DNA from: Lingula anatina | Taxonomy: Eukaryota; Animalia; Brachiopoda | Assembly (NCBI GenBank): GCA_051362555.1 | Contig: CM120649.1 | Span: 20,164,567-20,228,566 of the forward strand | Reading direction: 5' to 3' | Length of the DNA: 64,000 bases | Shown here: one piece after another, positions 26,201 through 39,150 of the stretch | Numbering within the stretch: the first letter of the stretch is position 1 | Layout: each line of letters begins with the position of its first letter | The notes under the pieces: generated by a model | What the model saw: the letters and a program-made list of their open reading frames with translations, nothing else | The model's database searches: none | Told to the model about the DNA's origin: nothing | Position numbers and translations under genes: made by a program

Positions 26201-29200
26201 TGTTTCTGTGTGGAGAGGCTAACTTTACTTAGGTCTATAGCTGTATCTGTATGGAGAGGCTAACTTTACTGTGGTCTATAGCTGTATCTGTATGGAGAGG
26301 CTTACTTTTTTGAGGTCTATAGCTGTATCTGTATGGAGAGGCTAACTTTACTGAGGCCTATAGCTGTATCTGTGTGGAGAGGCTAACTTTACTGAGGTCT
26401 ATAGCTGTATCTGTATGGAGAGGCTAACTTTGCTGTGGTCAATAGCTGTATCTGTATGGAGAGGCTAACTTTACTGTGGTCTATAGCTGTATCTGTATGG
26501 AGAGGCTAACTTTACTGTGGTCTATAGCTGTATCTGTATGGAGAGGCTAACTTTACTGCATATATGGTCTATATAGCTGTATCTGTATGGATAGGCTAAC
26601 TTTACTGCATATGGTCTATATGGCTGTATCTGTATGGAGAGGCTAAGTTTCCTAAATTTAGTCTATAGCTGTATCTGTATGGAGAGGCTAACTTTACTAA
26701 GGTCTATAGCTGTATCTGTATGGAGAGGCTAACTTAACTGAGGTCTATAGCTGTATCTGTATGGAGAAGCTAACTTTACTGAGGTCTATAGCTGTATCTG
26801 TGTGGAGAGGCTAACTTAACTGAGGTCTATAGCTGTATCTGTGTGGAGAGGCTAACTTTACTGAGGTCTATAGCTGTATCTGTATGGAGAGGCTAACTTT
26901 ACTGTGGTCTATAGCTGTATCTGTATGGATAGGCTAACTTTTCTGAGGTCTATAGCTGTATCTGTATGGAGAAGCTAACTTTACTGAGGTCTATAGCTGT
27001 ATCTGTGTGGAGAGGCTAACTTAACTGAGGTCTATAGCTGTATCTGTGTGGAGAGGCTAACTTTACTGAGGTCTATAGCTGTATCTGTATGGAGAGGCTA
27101 ACTTTACTGTGGTCTATAGCTGTATCTGTATGGAGAGGCTAACTTTACTGTGGTCTATAGCTGTATCTGTATGGAGAGGCTAACTTTACTGTGGTCTATA
27201 GCTGTATCTGTGTGGAGAGACTAACTTTACTGTGGTCTATAGCTTATCTGTATGGAGAGGCTAACTTTACTGTGGTCTATAGCTGTATCTGTATGGAGAG
27301 GCTAACTTTACTGAGGTCTATAGATGTATCTGTATGAAGAGGCTAACTTTACTGAGGTCTATAGCTGTATCTGTATGGAGAGGCTAACTTTACTGTGGTC
27401 TATAGCTGTATCTGTATGGAGAGGCTAACTTTACTGTGGTCTATAGCTGTATCTGTATGGAGAGGCTAACTTTACTGAGGTCTATAGATGTATCTGTATG
27501 AAGAGGCTAACTTTACTGAGGTCTATAGCTGTGTTTGTATGGAGAGGCTAACTTTACTATGGTCTATAGCTGTATCTGTATGGACAGGCTAACTTTACTG
27601 TGGTCTATAGCTGTATCTGTATGGAGAGGCTAACTTTACTAAGGTCTATAGCTGTATCTGTATGGAGAGGCTAAATTTACTGTGGTCTATAGCTGTTTCT
27701 GTGTGGAGAGGCTAACTTTACTTAGGTCTATAGCTGTATCTGTATGGAGAGGCTAACTTTACTGTGGTCTATAGCTGTATCTGTATGGAGAGGCTTACTT
27801 TTTTGAGGTCTATAGCTGTATCTGTATGGAGAGGCTAACTTTACTGAGGCCTATAGCTGTATCTGTGTGGAGAGGCTAACTTTACTGAGGTCTATAGCTG
27901 TATCTGTATGGAGAGGCTAACTTTGCTGTGGTCAATAGCTGTATCTGTATGGAGAGGCTAACTTTACTGTGGTCTATAGCTGTATCTGTATGGAGAGGCT
28001 AACTTTACTGTGGTCTATAGCTGTATCTGTATGGAGAGGCTAACTTTACTGCATATATGGTCTATATAGCTGTATCTGTATGGATAGGCTAACTTTACTG
28101 CATATGGTCTATATGGCTGTATCTGTATGGAGAGGCTAAGTTTCCTAAATTTAGTCTATAGCTGTATCTGTATGGAGAGGCTATCTTTACTGCATATGGT
28201 CTATATGGCTGTATCTGTATGGAAAGTCTAAGTTTACTAAATTTAGTCTATAGCTGTATCTGTATGGAGAGGCTAACTTTACTGCACACGGTCTGTATGG
28301 CTGTAACTGTATGGAGAGGCTAACTTTACCAAATTTAGTCTATGGCTGTATCTGTATGGAGAGGCTAACTTTACTGCATATGGTCTATATGGCTGTATCT
28401 GTATGGAGAGGCTAATTTTACTGTTGCTTAATCCAGAGTCTGTCTGAATGTCAGACATTGAAATTCTGCCCCTTAAAAGGTCAAGAACTTGATCTTGGAA
28501 TTGGAATCCAAAATACAATCAGCCAGGGTGCAGTTGATATGTCTGGCTCCTTATCTACTGGTACCTTTTTTTGTCTGGACTGCAGCTGCTTATCTCATGA
28601 CTTCTGAACATCAGCCCCCTGTTTCACAAAATTGCATATCTTTAGTTGACTACAATGTAAGCATGTTTCCATAAGATTGCTGTTACACAGTTCCTGATAG
28701 GGTAATATGAGTACATGTGACCATGTATCGTTGGTAACAAAGATGTTAACCAGGGAACTGACTTAAGTGTTTTTATGAAACTGGGGTCAGAAGATAATAT
28801 ACAATATAGTCCATTCTGTGATTCATTTATGTAAGACGTCTTATTTAGTATTTGTTTTTGGTGTGAATCTTGGTATACATTCATTTTTTGATGATATGGC
28901 TTTTTGATATTTTTGGAAGAGCAACTAATTAATGTTCTAATATGTGTTGATAGGCAGCACTGATAGAAAAAATCTTGAAATGTTTTCCTTGCCAAAGGGT
29001 TACAATGCTTCCTCTGCTATATCATTGACACAGGTATTCCTATATAAAAAGGTGTCATTAGCACACAATGTGTTTGAGGAAAGTGATCCGTGTTATTTCA
29101 AGCATAGTTTGTAATGTGCAGTGAGGGTGACATGATGTGTGTCCTTGTTGTGGGGCAATTTGGGCTGGTGAAATAACTTCAGGTTAAATTTGGGATGAGA

Positions 29201-32200
29201 CAGAATACAATTTGGGCTGGTGAAATAACTTCAGGTCAAGTCTGGGATAAGACGGAATACAATTTGGGCTGGTGAAATAACATCTGGTCAAGTCTGGGAT
29301 AAGACAGAATACAATTTGGGCTGGTGAAATAACATCTGGTCAAGTCTGGGATAAGACTGAATACAATTTGGGCTGGTGAAATAACATCAGGTCAAGTCTG
29401 GGATAAGACGGAATACATTTGATTCACTTCTTAACTCATAACTCAAATCGTTTTCTCTGCTGTGATTCACAATTCTAGAATCTCGTGTTATATCTAAGAG
29501 ACAAGGAATAAACGTTTGCTTTAGTTCAAATGTACATGTTGTATTGGCAGGTAATCAGCGGGGTGGCAGCGTCAGCCTGACTCTGCCAAGATCTAGGGGT
29601 CTTTTCTCTCCCATACAGTTCACCCAGATTACTTCCGCATCTACTTGAAATGATTTGTACAAGAGAGGCCGAGATAAGATAATCCTGACCTTTGCTTGGT
29701 TAAATACACTACTGTGGTGGGAGGGCTATTAGGGGAGACCTGAGAGTGAGCCCCTGAATGGTGTCAAGTACCCTTGAAGACATGCAGTCAATGATCCCTG
29801 TTCTAATGTCTTGGTCTAGGCCAGCTAGGCAATGATGCCTTTTTTTTAATGTCTCATTGCACCTCATTGTTGAAAATTTGAAAAACCAATTATATATATC
29901 TACTCCAGAGGAAGGAAATCTTTGGTTTTCGTGCAGCAAACAATTTGGTGTTCTTTACATAATATCTAGCTCACTTATCTGACTGTGTCTAGATAACCAG
30001 TCACACACTTAGGAGACGTCTCTTGCCTTTGTACAGTTGACTCAACAAACCTGACCAATTTTCCCAAAGAATATGATTTTCAAAAATCTTTGCTGACAAC
30101 TAATATTAGTTTAAACTCTGGAGCTTGTGGTTCTTTCCAGAACAAGATGAAACTTGGTGTCATGTGTAACATACCTGCCTCTTGTGGAGCATGTATCAAA
30201 GAACTCACTGAGGCACACTAGAATTGGGGCATATTATTCAGCAGTTTTTCACTTGCTTTATTTTGGGCATATTTGGGAACAAGAATTTCACAATATATAC
30301 TTCCTACATGCAATTATAATATTGAGTACAATTATATGTACATAAAAAGGACAAAGGTTCGAGACTTTTCCATCCCTTCAGCATACTCTAGATATGGGAG
30401 TGCAGCTCCTGTGGTTTGGTGAAAAAAGTCTCTGTGGCTCTGGTACAGGGTACGTCTTGTATATTTAGCATGGGTAATCCTTTCTGTCATGTTTCTCCAC
30501 ATGTTCACACTGCCTTCAGCACAAAATACACATGACTAATGATTATGTGCATAATTAGTTCAATCTTTAACAGTTATCATGCTGATCACTATGCAGGAAT
30601 TACATGTCTATTGCTTGTATACATAATTGGGCCTGTTGGAAATATTAAAGATTATGTATTTAAGTGTGTTTGTATGCTGTTAACAGGAGGGTAATGAGGG
30701 CAAAACACCACAGGATTGGGTAGAATAATGAGTCCACAATTGATGACAGCTGTGTTAGTAAGACGTAGGATGTAACTGTCCTTGTTCACTCCCTGATACA
30801 TATGATACTTATGTCTTTTTTTAGACATCTTATTGTTTCATGTAAAATGTATTATTTATTTTTGTGAAATGTAGCTATTATTATCATTTGTTTTAATTTT
30901 AGACAGTAGGACAAATGCATTATTTTGACTATTATTATTCAGATGAAAAGAAATGCAACAGTGATTTAGGGTGCTCAAATGTATGATATTAATTTTGTCC
31001 TCTGATAAGATGAGATAAGAATTTATTCAGCTAGTTACAAAAACTGAAAATCATTTGCCTTTGGAGCAAAGTTTTATAAATGTACAAAGTAAAAGAAACT
31101 CAATAAATGAATTAAGAAAAAAAAAAAAAAAAACAAATTAAGATGTGTTCCTGGCTTTGGATAAACACTGTTTTGAAAGAGCCTACTGCTGCCAGGTCAA
31201 AAGGTAAACAGTGGTGCTGGCGAAGAAGAGTCCTCCATGTTGCTTTCATTCTTTTTTACCCTATCTGGCCTTTAAAATATCACTCAGCTTGAAGAGATTC
31301 TGTCCAATAATCTTAAAAATATCACTCAGCTTGAGGAGATTCTGTCCAATAATCTTAAAAATATCACTCAGCTTGAGGAGATTCTGTCCAATAATCTTAC
31401 CTGCAGTTTTAACAACATTAGTAGTACTTATTTCTTAGTTTTTTTTACATTCCTCCCCAGTAGTCCCGATTTACCAAATTGTAATGTCATATGTCAGAAT
31501 ACTTTTGATCACACACCTGTTAAGTTGACTAAAATAGGACCACTGTCAGTAAAGTCCTGAGTGATCTTAAACAATTCAGTCTTTGTCATGATTTATTTAG
31601 TATATGCTCTTTATGGTGTTATCTCTCCAGGTAAGTTAATTTACTAATAATATGAATGCCAACAAGTTTTTCCTGTCTTACTTCAATGTTTACGTGTTTG
31701 GAAGGCAGAGATAATATGATATTATTAATTTTTATTTGGAGGGTGTATATATATGTTTTGAGGATGAATGAAGGAATTGAACACTTAGCATTTATATCTG
31801 CCATGTTTGCTTCACTATGATTTTTTTTTTATTTTGCTTTTAATTAATAAGACATATATTATCTGTGTGCTTGTTTCCCTTTTCTATTTTATAATGTAAA
31901 CAAAGCATTTGAATAAAAATCTAGTATTATGATTCTGCCTGGTTTGTTATCTAACAGCCTAACTCAAAATTTTCCAGACAGCTCAGAAATATGGGCCAAC
32001 TTAGAATCAATTATATTTTAGTGATGCTCCGTTAATTATAGTTAGTAGTTAGAAAAAGAATAAGCTTTATCCCAGTGTGTCTTTTCAGGTCCAGTGGCAA
32101 GTGCCTTCACATCTAAGTACGGTTGCCGGGTGACAACAATAGCAGGGGCTGCACTGGCTGCCGTGGGGTTCATTGTCAGCATTTTTTCTCCAAACTTATA

Positions 32201-35200
32201 CATGCTGTACTTTACATTTGGAATTGTTGGAGGTAAGAAGACAGTAATATCTGCTAAAACAATAATAATACAGTTACTGTACAACATTGTATACCATAAT
32301 ACTACCAGATTGAAGTACAGTGTATCAGGCAGTGGCTTATCTAAGAATTTCAAAACATATGAATGATTATATACCATTGGTGCACGTTTGACTCAGCTGG
32401 GCTGGACTAACCAGAGTCATTCATTGTATAGTATTGATCAGATAATTTACTGTTGAGTTGGCATGATACTTCTAGGTGAGATTAGTGTTATAAAATGCTT
32501 TTGTCCCATCAGTCTTGAATTAAGTCTCAGCTCTGTGATCATACAAAATGCATTTTAACAATATTAAAAGGAAATACGTATTATTTTCAATGCAAGCATG
32601 CCAGTTAACATCATACTATTGAAACTTCACAGTTTCTTTTTTACATGATAAATGTTACAACTGTCACAAAATAATAAGATGTTGAAGACATTTTATGGGA
32701 CAATATGTTCAATTAGAAAAACACTGTTATTTCACTTTCATCCTCTGATTTCTAATTCATTTGTTATATTGTTCTTTAGGTCTGGGATTTGGTCTGATCT
32801 ACCTCCCAGCCATCATCAGTGTGGGATTCTACTTTGATATCTGATCCATTTGTTCCATTGTTCTTTAGGTCTGGGATTTGGTCTGATCTACCTCCCGGCC
32901 ATCGTCAGTGTGGGATTCTACTTTGATATCTGATTCATTTGTTCCATTGTTCTTGAGGTCTGGGGTTTGGTCTGATCTACCTCCCAGCCATCGTCAGTGT
33001 GGGATTCTACTTTGATATCTGATTCATTTGTTCCATTGTTCTTCAGGTCTGGGGTTTGGTCTGATCTACCTCCCAGCCATCGTCAGTGTGGGATTCTATT
33101 TTGATATCTGATCCATTTGTTCCATTGTTCTTCAGGTCTAGGATTTGGTCTGATCTACCTCCCAGCCATCGTCAGTGTGGGATTCTACTTTGATATCTGA
33201 TCCATTTGTTCCATTGTTCTTCAGGTCTGGGATATGGTCTGATCTACCTCCCAGCCATCATCAGTGTGGGATTCTACTTTGATATCTGATCCATTTGTTC
33301 CATTGTTCTTCAGGTCTGGGATTTAGTCTGATCTACCTCCCAGCCATCATCAGTGTGGGATTCTACTTTGATATCTGATCCATTTGTTCCATTGTTCTTC
33401 AGGTCTGGGATATGGTCTGATCTACCTCCCAGCCATTGTCAGTGTGGGATTCTACTTTGATATCTGATCCATTTGTTCCATTGTTCTTCAGGTCTGGTGT
33501 TTGGTCTGATCTACCTCCCAGCCATCATCAGTGTGGGATTCTACTTAGATATCTGATCCATTTGCTCCATTGTTCTTCAGGTCTAGGGTTTGGTCTGATC
33601 TACCTCCCAGCCATCGTCAGTGTGGGATTCTACTTTGAGAAGCGCCGTGCGTTTGCCACTGGCCTTGCAGTGTGTGGGAGTGGGCTGGGCACCTTCATCT
33701 TTGCCCCCTTCTCCACTGAGTTAGTCCATGAGTATGGCTGGCGGGGGGCTGTCCTCATACAGGCTGGTCTTATCCTCAACTGTATTCTGTGTGGTGCTGT
33801 ATTCAGACCTTTATATTCAGCCCGAGAGCAGCGTGAAATGAGGGAGGCACGTATTGAGAAACGTTTGAGAAAGAAATTAGGTAAAATAGACAAAGATGGA
33901 GATGTTAAAGCTGCCACAGTGAAGAATGGACAGGGGTCAGCACAGAAGCCGTTGTTACGGAGCCGTAGCACTGCATCTGAGTCCCACACAGTAACAGTTC
34001 AGACACCACTGCCGCCATCTATGATCAAAAGTGAGAGTGATATTCGCAGTGGCAATGTTATAGTGGAAGACCCGCGCTCGCCCTCTGTTGTTCGTAGTCT
34101 GTCTCACCTTGGCTTTAAGCCACACCACACTGTCATGCAGAGGAAAGATGTCCTCTATGTGGGAAGTCTGCGTAATATCCCTCTTTATCGTTCCAATGTC
34201 AGCGTCTACCAGGCAAGTGTTTTGTCAATACCTCATGTAGTTCCACCTTCAGAAACAGATGAACCGGTGGGCTTCTGCACTCAGATGAAGGACTCTTTCC
34301 TTGAAATGATGGATTTCACCCTCCTCAAGGACTGGGTCTTCATCATATTTGCCATTTCCAACTTCCTGACCAGTATAGGGTTCAATGCCCCCTTCATCTA
34401 TATCCCAGACCGTGCTCTGCAGGAAGGCTATGATGAACACTCTGCGGCCTGGCTGCTGTCAGGAGTTGGCATAGGAAACACTGTAGGCAGGATTGTGTTT
34501 GGTCTGATGTCTGACTGGAAGTGGGTGAACAGACTCTGGCTGTATAACATTACCCTGACCATATGTGGTGTAGCCACCGTGTTCAGCTCTTTTATGAAGT
34601 CCTACCCTCTGATGATGGTGTATGCTTGTACATTTGGCTGCTTTATAGGTAAGTGAAGAGCAGGGGAAGAAGCTGCTTAACTTGGCATGTTCATGTCCTT
34701 TTATTTGAAGCAAGACAGATTATTATATTGGACCTCCAAAGAATAATAAATTGATTTTCATAGCATTGGAAATCTTCTGCTAGGCTAAAATGCATGCCAC
34801 AGTTGAAAATTGACCCAGTTCTATTATTTCCAATGTCCATTGGTTTTCTGATTTTTATCAGATGGACATATTTAGAGCAGCCTATTTTTGTTATGTCTTT
34901 GTTGCACAGGTAAACCATAAAGTGTTTGCACTAAATTAAAGGGGTATGTTATCTACTCAGTTTTGATGCAAATGCTGGACTGCAAGTTGAGCAGAATTTA
35001 CTGGCTGTATTTTGAAGAAAAAAGGTCCCTTTTCATTTTTTTCTTCTGTGTTTGAAATCCAGGCATAAATGTTACAGAAATGAGATAGCCAACATATTAT
35101 TTTATAATTATAACTGTCAGCTTATAAATTTACATGTTTATGTTTAGCTGATACTTCAGGTGTACCATGAGCAGAGATACTGCAGATTTGGTTTTTGACT

Positions 35201-36581
35201 TCAGATGCCTTACTTGACTGATACTTGTTACATTCCATGAGTTGAAGACTTGGTTTTTGACTTCAGGTGCCTATGTTGGCTTGACCAGTGTGATATTGGT
35301 GGACTTGCTGGGCCTGGAAAGACTGACTAGTTCCTTTGGACTTGTGCTAATGTTCCAGGGGATTGCCACACTCATTGGTCCTCCTATTGTGGGTAAGTCA
35401 TCTGTCCACATCCACCACACTCATTGGTCCTCCTATTGTGGGTAAGTCATCTGTCTACATCCACCACACTCATTGGTCCTCCTATTGTGGGTAAGTCATC
35501 TGTCTACATCCACCACACTCATTGGTCCTCCTATTGGGGGTAAGTCATCTGTCCACATCCACCACACTCATTGGTCCTCCTATTGTGGGTAAGTCATCTG
35601 TCCACATCCACCACACTCATTGGTCCTCCTATTTTGGGTAAGTCATCTGTCTACATCCACCACACTCATTGGTCCTCCTATTGTGGGTAAGTCATCTGTC
35701 CACATCCACCACCCTCATTGGTCGTCCTATTGTGGGTAAGTCATCTGTCTACATCCACCACACTCATTGGTCCTCCTATTGTGGGTAAGTCATCTGTCCA
35801 CATCCACCACACTCATTGGTCCTCCTATTGTGGGTAAGTCATCTGTCTACATCCACCACACTCGTTGGTCCTCGAGTTGTGGGTAAGTCATCTGTCTACA
35901 TCCACCACACTCATTGGTCCTCCTATTGTGGGTAAGTCATCTGTCTACATCCACCACACTCATTGGTCGTCCTGTTGTGGGTAAGTCATCTGTCTACATC
36001 CACCACACTCATTGGTCCTCCTATTGTGGGTAAGTCATCTGTCTACATCCACCACCCTCATCCATGCAAATGGTGACAGTGTACACCAAGTCAGTACACA
36101 TGCTTGTTTTATCATATATATTTATTCACACACAAGGTAATAGGTAAAAGTAGCATTTAATTTTTTATGGTTTTAAGAAAAAAAGTCCAACCAACAGTCA
36201 TCATATGACTTATTTTTGCTGATAGTGGAGGTAGCATGTTGCCAGTATTGGGGCACAGGTTTGGTATCACACAGAACTGTTTAGAACTGATGTATTACTA
36301 ATATTATTGTCACTGATGCTGATACTGTTTGTATAAGTAGAATAATAATAATAATAATATGTTATTTTTCCCCAGGATGGGTGTTTGATGGCACCAATAG
36401 TTATGATATAGCCTTCTACATCACCGGGTCCATGGTGGCCCTCAGTGGAATGATGCTGTTTGTAATCCCACAAGTGCAGCGCTGGCAGGACAAGAAGAGG
36501 GGCGTCACCAAAAAAGAGATTGAAATGGGGAAGATTGTTTCACCAGATCAACCTATAACTCCTGAAGCCCAAAGTGTTTAG
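23279..36581 (+). CDS. SLC16/monocarboxylate transporter family protein B (5 coding exons, 610 aa)
   Basis: Exons: 23279-23567 (PPDGGWGWVVV), 32089-32232, 33581-34648 (YFEKRRAFATG, YGWRGA, GAVFRP), 35267-35392, 36376-36581. They total 1833 nt and all introns are phase 1 GT-AG. Confidence 0.93.
23596..28423. repeat. 41-bp minisatellite (about 115 copies) in MCT-B intron 1
   Basis: Unit gtctatagctgtatctgtatggagaggctaactttactg(a/t)g. Confidence 0.98.
29156..29420. repeat. 52-bp tandem repeat (about 5 copies)
   Basis: caatttgggctggtgaaataac at 29156, 29208, 29260, and so on. Confidence 0.9.
31272..31400. repeat. 42-bp tandem repeat (3 copies)
   Basis: Unit aaaatatcactcagcttgaggagattctgtccaataatctta. 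Confidence 0.9.
32750..33638 (+). repeat. 89-bp array spanning the MCT-B exon 3 acceptor (10 copies)
   Basis: ag|gtct starts at 32780 and recurs every 89 bp to 33581. Confidence 0.95.
35366..36060 (+). repeat. 49-bp array spanning the MCT-B exon 4 donor (14 copies)
   Basis: g|gtaagt at 35393, recurring every 49 bp to 36030. Confidence 0.95.
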
Positions 36582-36996
36582 GATGTTTCCTAAGAACAGA
36601 AAATCATGATGTCTTCGAAAATTATAGAGGAATTTAGAAACTGTTGTTTAAAAAACATGGGATACATGACAATGACTGTCTCTTGGATATTTTTTTCTAT
36701 TATAGAAGAGAAAAAATGTGAGAACACACTGCAGGTGTTGTTCGTGAAAAACAAATGTTTAAGGAAGATAAATATCACCTGATAAGAGATTATCAGAGAT
36801 GCTCTACTCTCTTGGAACACCTGTCCTAGACTAGAATAGGACAGTTTTTAACTAACAAAACTGGTTGATGGCTTTCTATGAAAACATCTCATGCTGTTTT
36901 GTAGCATCTAACTCTTCCTGCTGTCAGCATCTGGAAACTGCCATTCATTGGGTCACAATGTGCACTCCAACACAGTGGTAAACCTGGACTGGTTGA

Positions 36997-37540
36997 GATG
37001 ACCAGCCAGGTGAACTCTGTGGGATAACCGGCCATGTGAACTCTGCGGGATGACCGGCCAGGTGAACTCTGCGGTATGACCAGGCAGGCAAACTCTGCGG
37101 GATGACCAACCAGGGGAACTCTGCGGGATGACCAACCAGGTGAACTCTGCAGGATGACCAGCCAGGTGAACTCTGCGGGACGACCAGCCAGGTGAACTCT
37201 GCGGGATGACCAGCCAGGTGAACTCTGCAGGATGACCAGCCAGGTGAACTCTGCGGGACGACCAGCCAGGTGAACTCTGCCGGATGACCAGCCAGGTGAA
37301 CTCTGTGGGATGACCAGCCAGGTGAACACTGCGGGATAACCAGCCAGGCCAACTCTGCGGGATGACCAACCAGGGGAACTCTTCAGGATGACAAGCCAGG
37401 TGCACTTAGGATGACCAACCAGGTGAACTTTGCGGGATGACCGGCCAGGTGAACTCTGCGGGATGACCAGCCAGGCAAACTCTGCAGGATGACCAGCCAG
37501 GTGAACTCTGTGGGATGACCGGCCAGGTGAACTCCATGGG
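36997..37540. repeat. 26-bp GC-rich minisatellite downstream of the MCT-B stop
   Basis: Unit gatgaccagccaggtgaactctgcgg. Confidence 0.93.
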
Positions 37541-38639
37541 ATCAGAAAAATATTGTCAATTTAGAGCACATTCAGAATTGATGATTTGTGGTATAAAAAT
37601 GGCCAACCCCACTTCTAAGCAAGCTGCCTAATCCCCTAATGGTGTTCCCGCCTCTATATGTGCCAAGAAATGGATTAAATCTTGGCTCCGGGGTTTAATT
37701 GCTTTTAGAGTAAATTATTATATTATTTAACATGTTATTAGATTTAAAACCTTATTGTTGGACCTGAGGCAGTCTAGGTGTATGTGTGTGTCTGCACATG
37801 AGAGTGTTGTGTGTGTTCTAGTACTTGTCCATGTGAGTATTAAACAGAAGCTTTCTTCAGAGAACCAGGGTCTGAAAACGTGAATTATTTATCCTATGAA
37901 GAGATAAACCAGTTATAAGACCCGATATTTTAGTGAGCCATTGATTAATGTGAGTTTGTTATATCTTATATATGATTGTATATTGATTGGGAATTTATGT
38001 CCCATGCAGTAATAATTATGCCATATGCATATATTGATTGGGAATTTATGTCCCATGCAGTAATAATTATACCATATGCACATATTGATTGGGAATTTGT
38101 CCCATGCAATTACATTTATACTATATTGTAATATTCCAATGACCTGTGAATGCCAGCAGATAGCCAGAATACCTCATAAGAACTTTTAATTGGTTGCTGA
38201 TCTCAATCACATGCGCTTACAAATTTAGCTTTAAATATTTTTAAAATTTAAATCTTTTAAATGTTTTACAGTATTTCTATCAGAAAATTCTTTAACAAAT
38301 GGTTATTCCATAGCTTTGTATGGGTGTTGAAGACAACATAGATATTACCTCATCAGTGAAATTAATGTTTTAATGATTTTAATCAAGTTTACATATAAAC
38401 TGCCATATTCTATCCTCACAGATATTTTTCATTATAAAGTAATAGTAAGGATTACTTACCAATATACTCCAGTATTTTTGTTGTGTGCTGTGCCATATTA
38501 ATTGTCTCATTTGTTTACCAGAAAGTTTGTATATCATGATTATTTGTTGTGAACCATTATAATTACATTTTCAATGTAGTTCAACCTGTCCATCATGTAA
38601 CACTCAGCCTGCTAACATTGTATGTAACTCATATAACAC

Positions 38640-39150
38640 TAACATTGTATGTAGGACATGTGGTCAACAGGACAAGGATCAGGGCCTGCTAACATATTGT
38701 ATGTAGGGTGGTCAGCAGGACAAGGATCAGGGCCTGCTAACATATTGTATGTAGGGTGGTCAACAGGACAAGGATCAGGGCCTGCTAACATTGTATGTAG
38801 GGTGGTCAACAGGACAAGGATCAGGGCCTGCTAACATTGTATGTAAGGTGGTCAGCAGGACAAGGATCAGGGCCTGCTAACATTGTATGTAGGGTGGTCA
38901 GCAGGACAAGGATCAGGGCCTGCTAACATTGTATGTAGGGTGGTCAACAGGACAAGGATCAGGGCCTGCTAACATTGTATGTAAGGTGGTCAGCAGGACA
39001 AGGATCAGGGCCTGCTAAAATTGTATGTAGGGTGGTCAGCAGGACAAGGACCAGGGCCTGCTAACATTGTATGTAGGGTGGTCAGCAGGACAAGGACCAG
39101 GGCCTGCTAACATTGTATGTAAGGTGGTCAACAGGACAAGGATCAGAGCC
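38640..39150. repeat. 46-bp minisatellite (about 10 copies)
   Basis: Unit ctgctaacattgtatgtagggtggtcagcaggacaaggatcagggc. Confidence 0.93.

Noticed and set aside
32750-33580. Repeated exon starts as mutually exclusive (Dscam-like) exons
   Set aside because: The copies are partial, have no donor of their own, and run into stops.
12094-36060. Junction arrays as assembly artefacts
   Set aside because: The copies carry distinct, patterned substitutions and differ from the functional exon, which is unlike read-stutter. Raw-read confirmation is still advisable.
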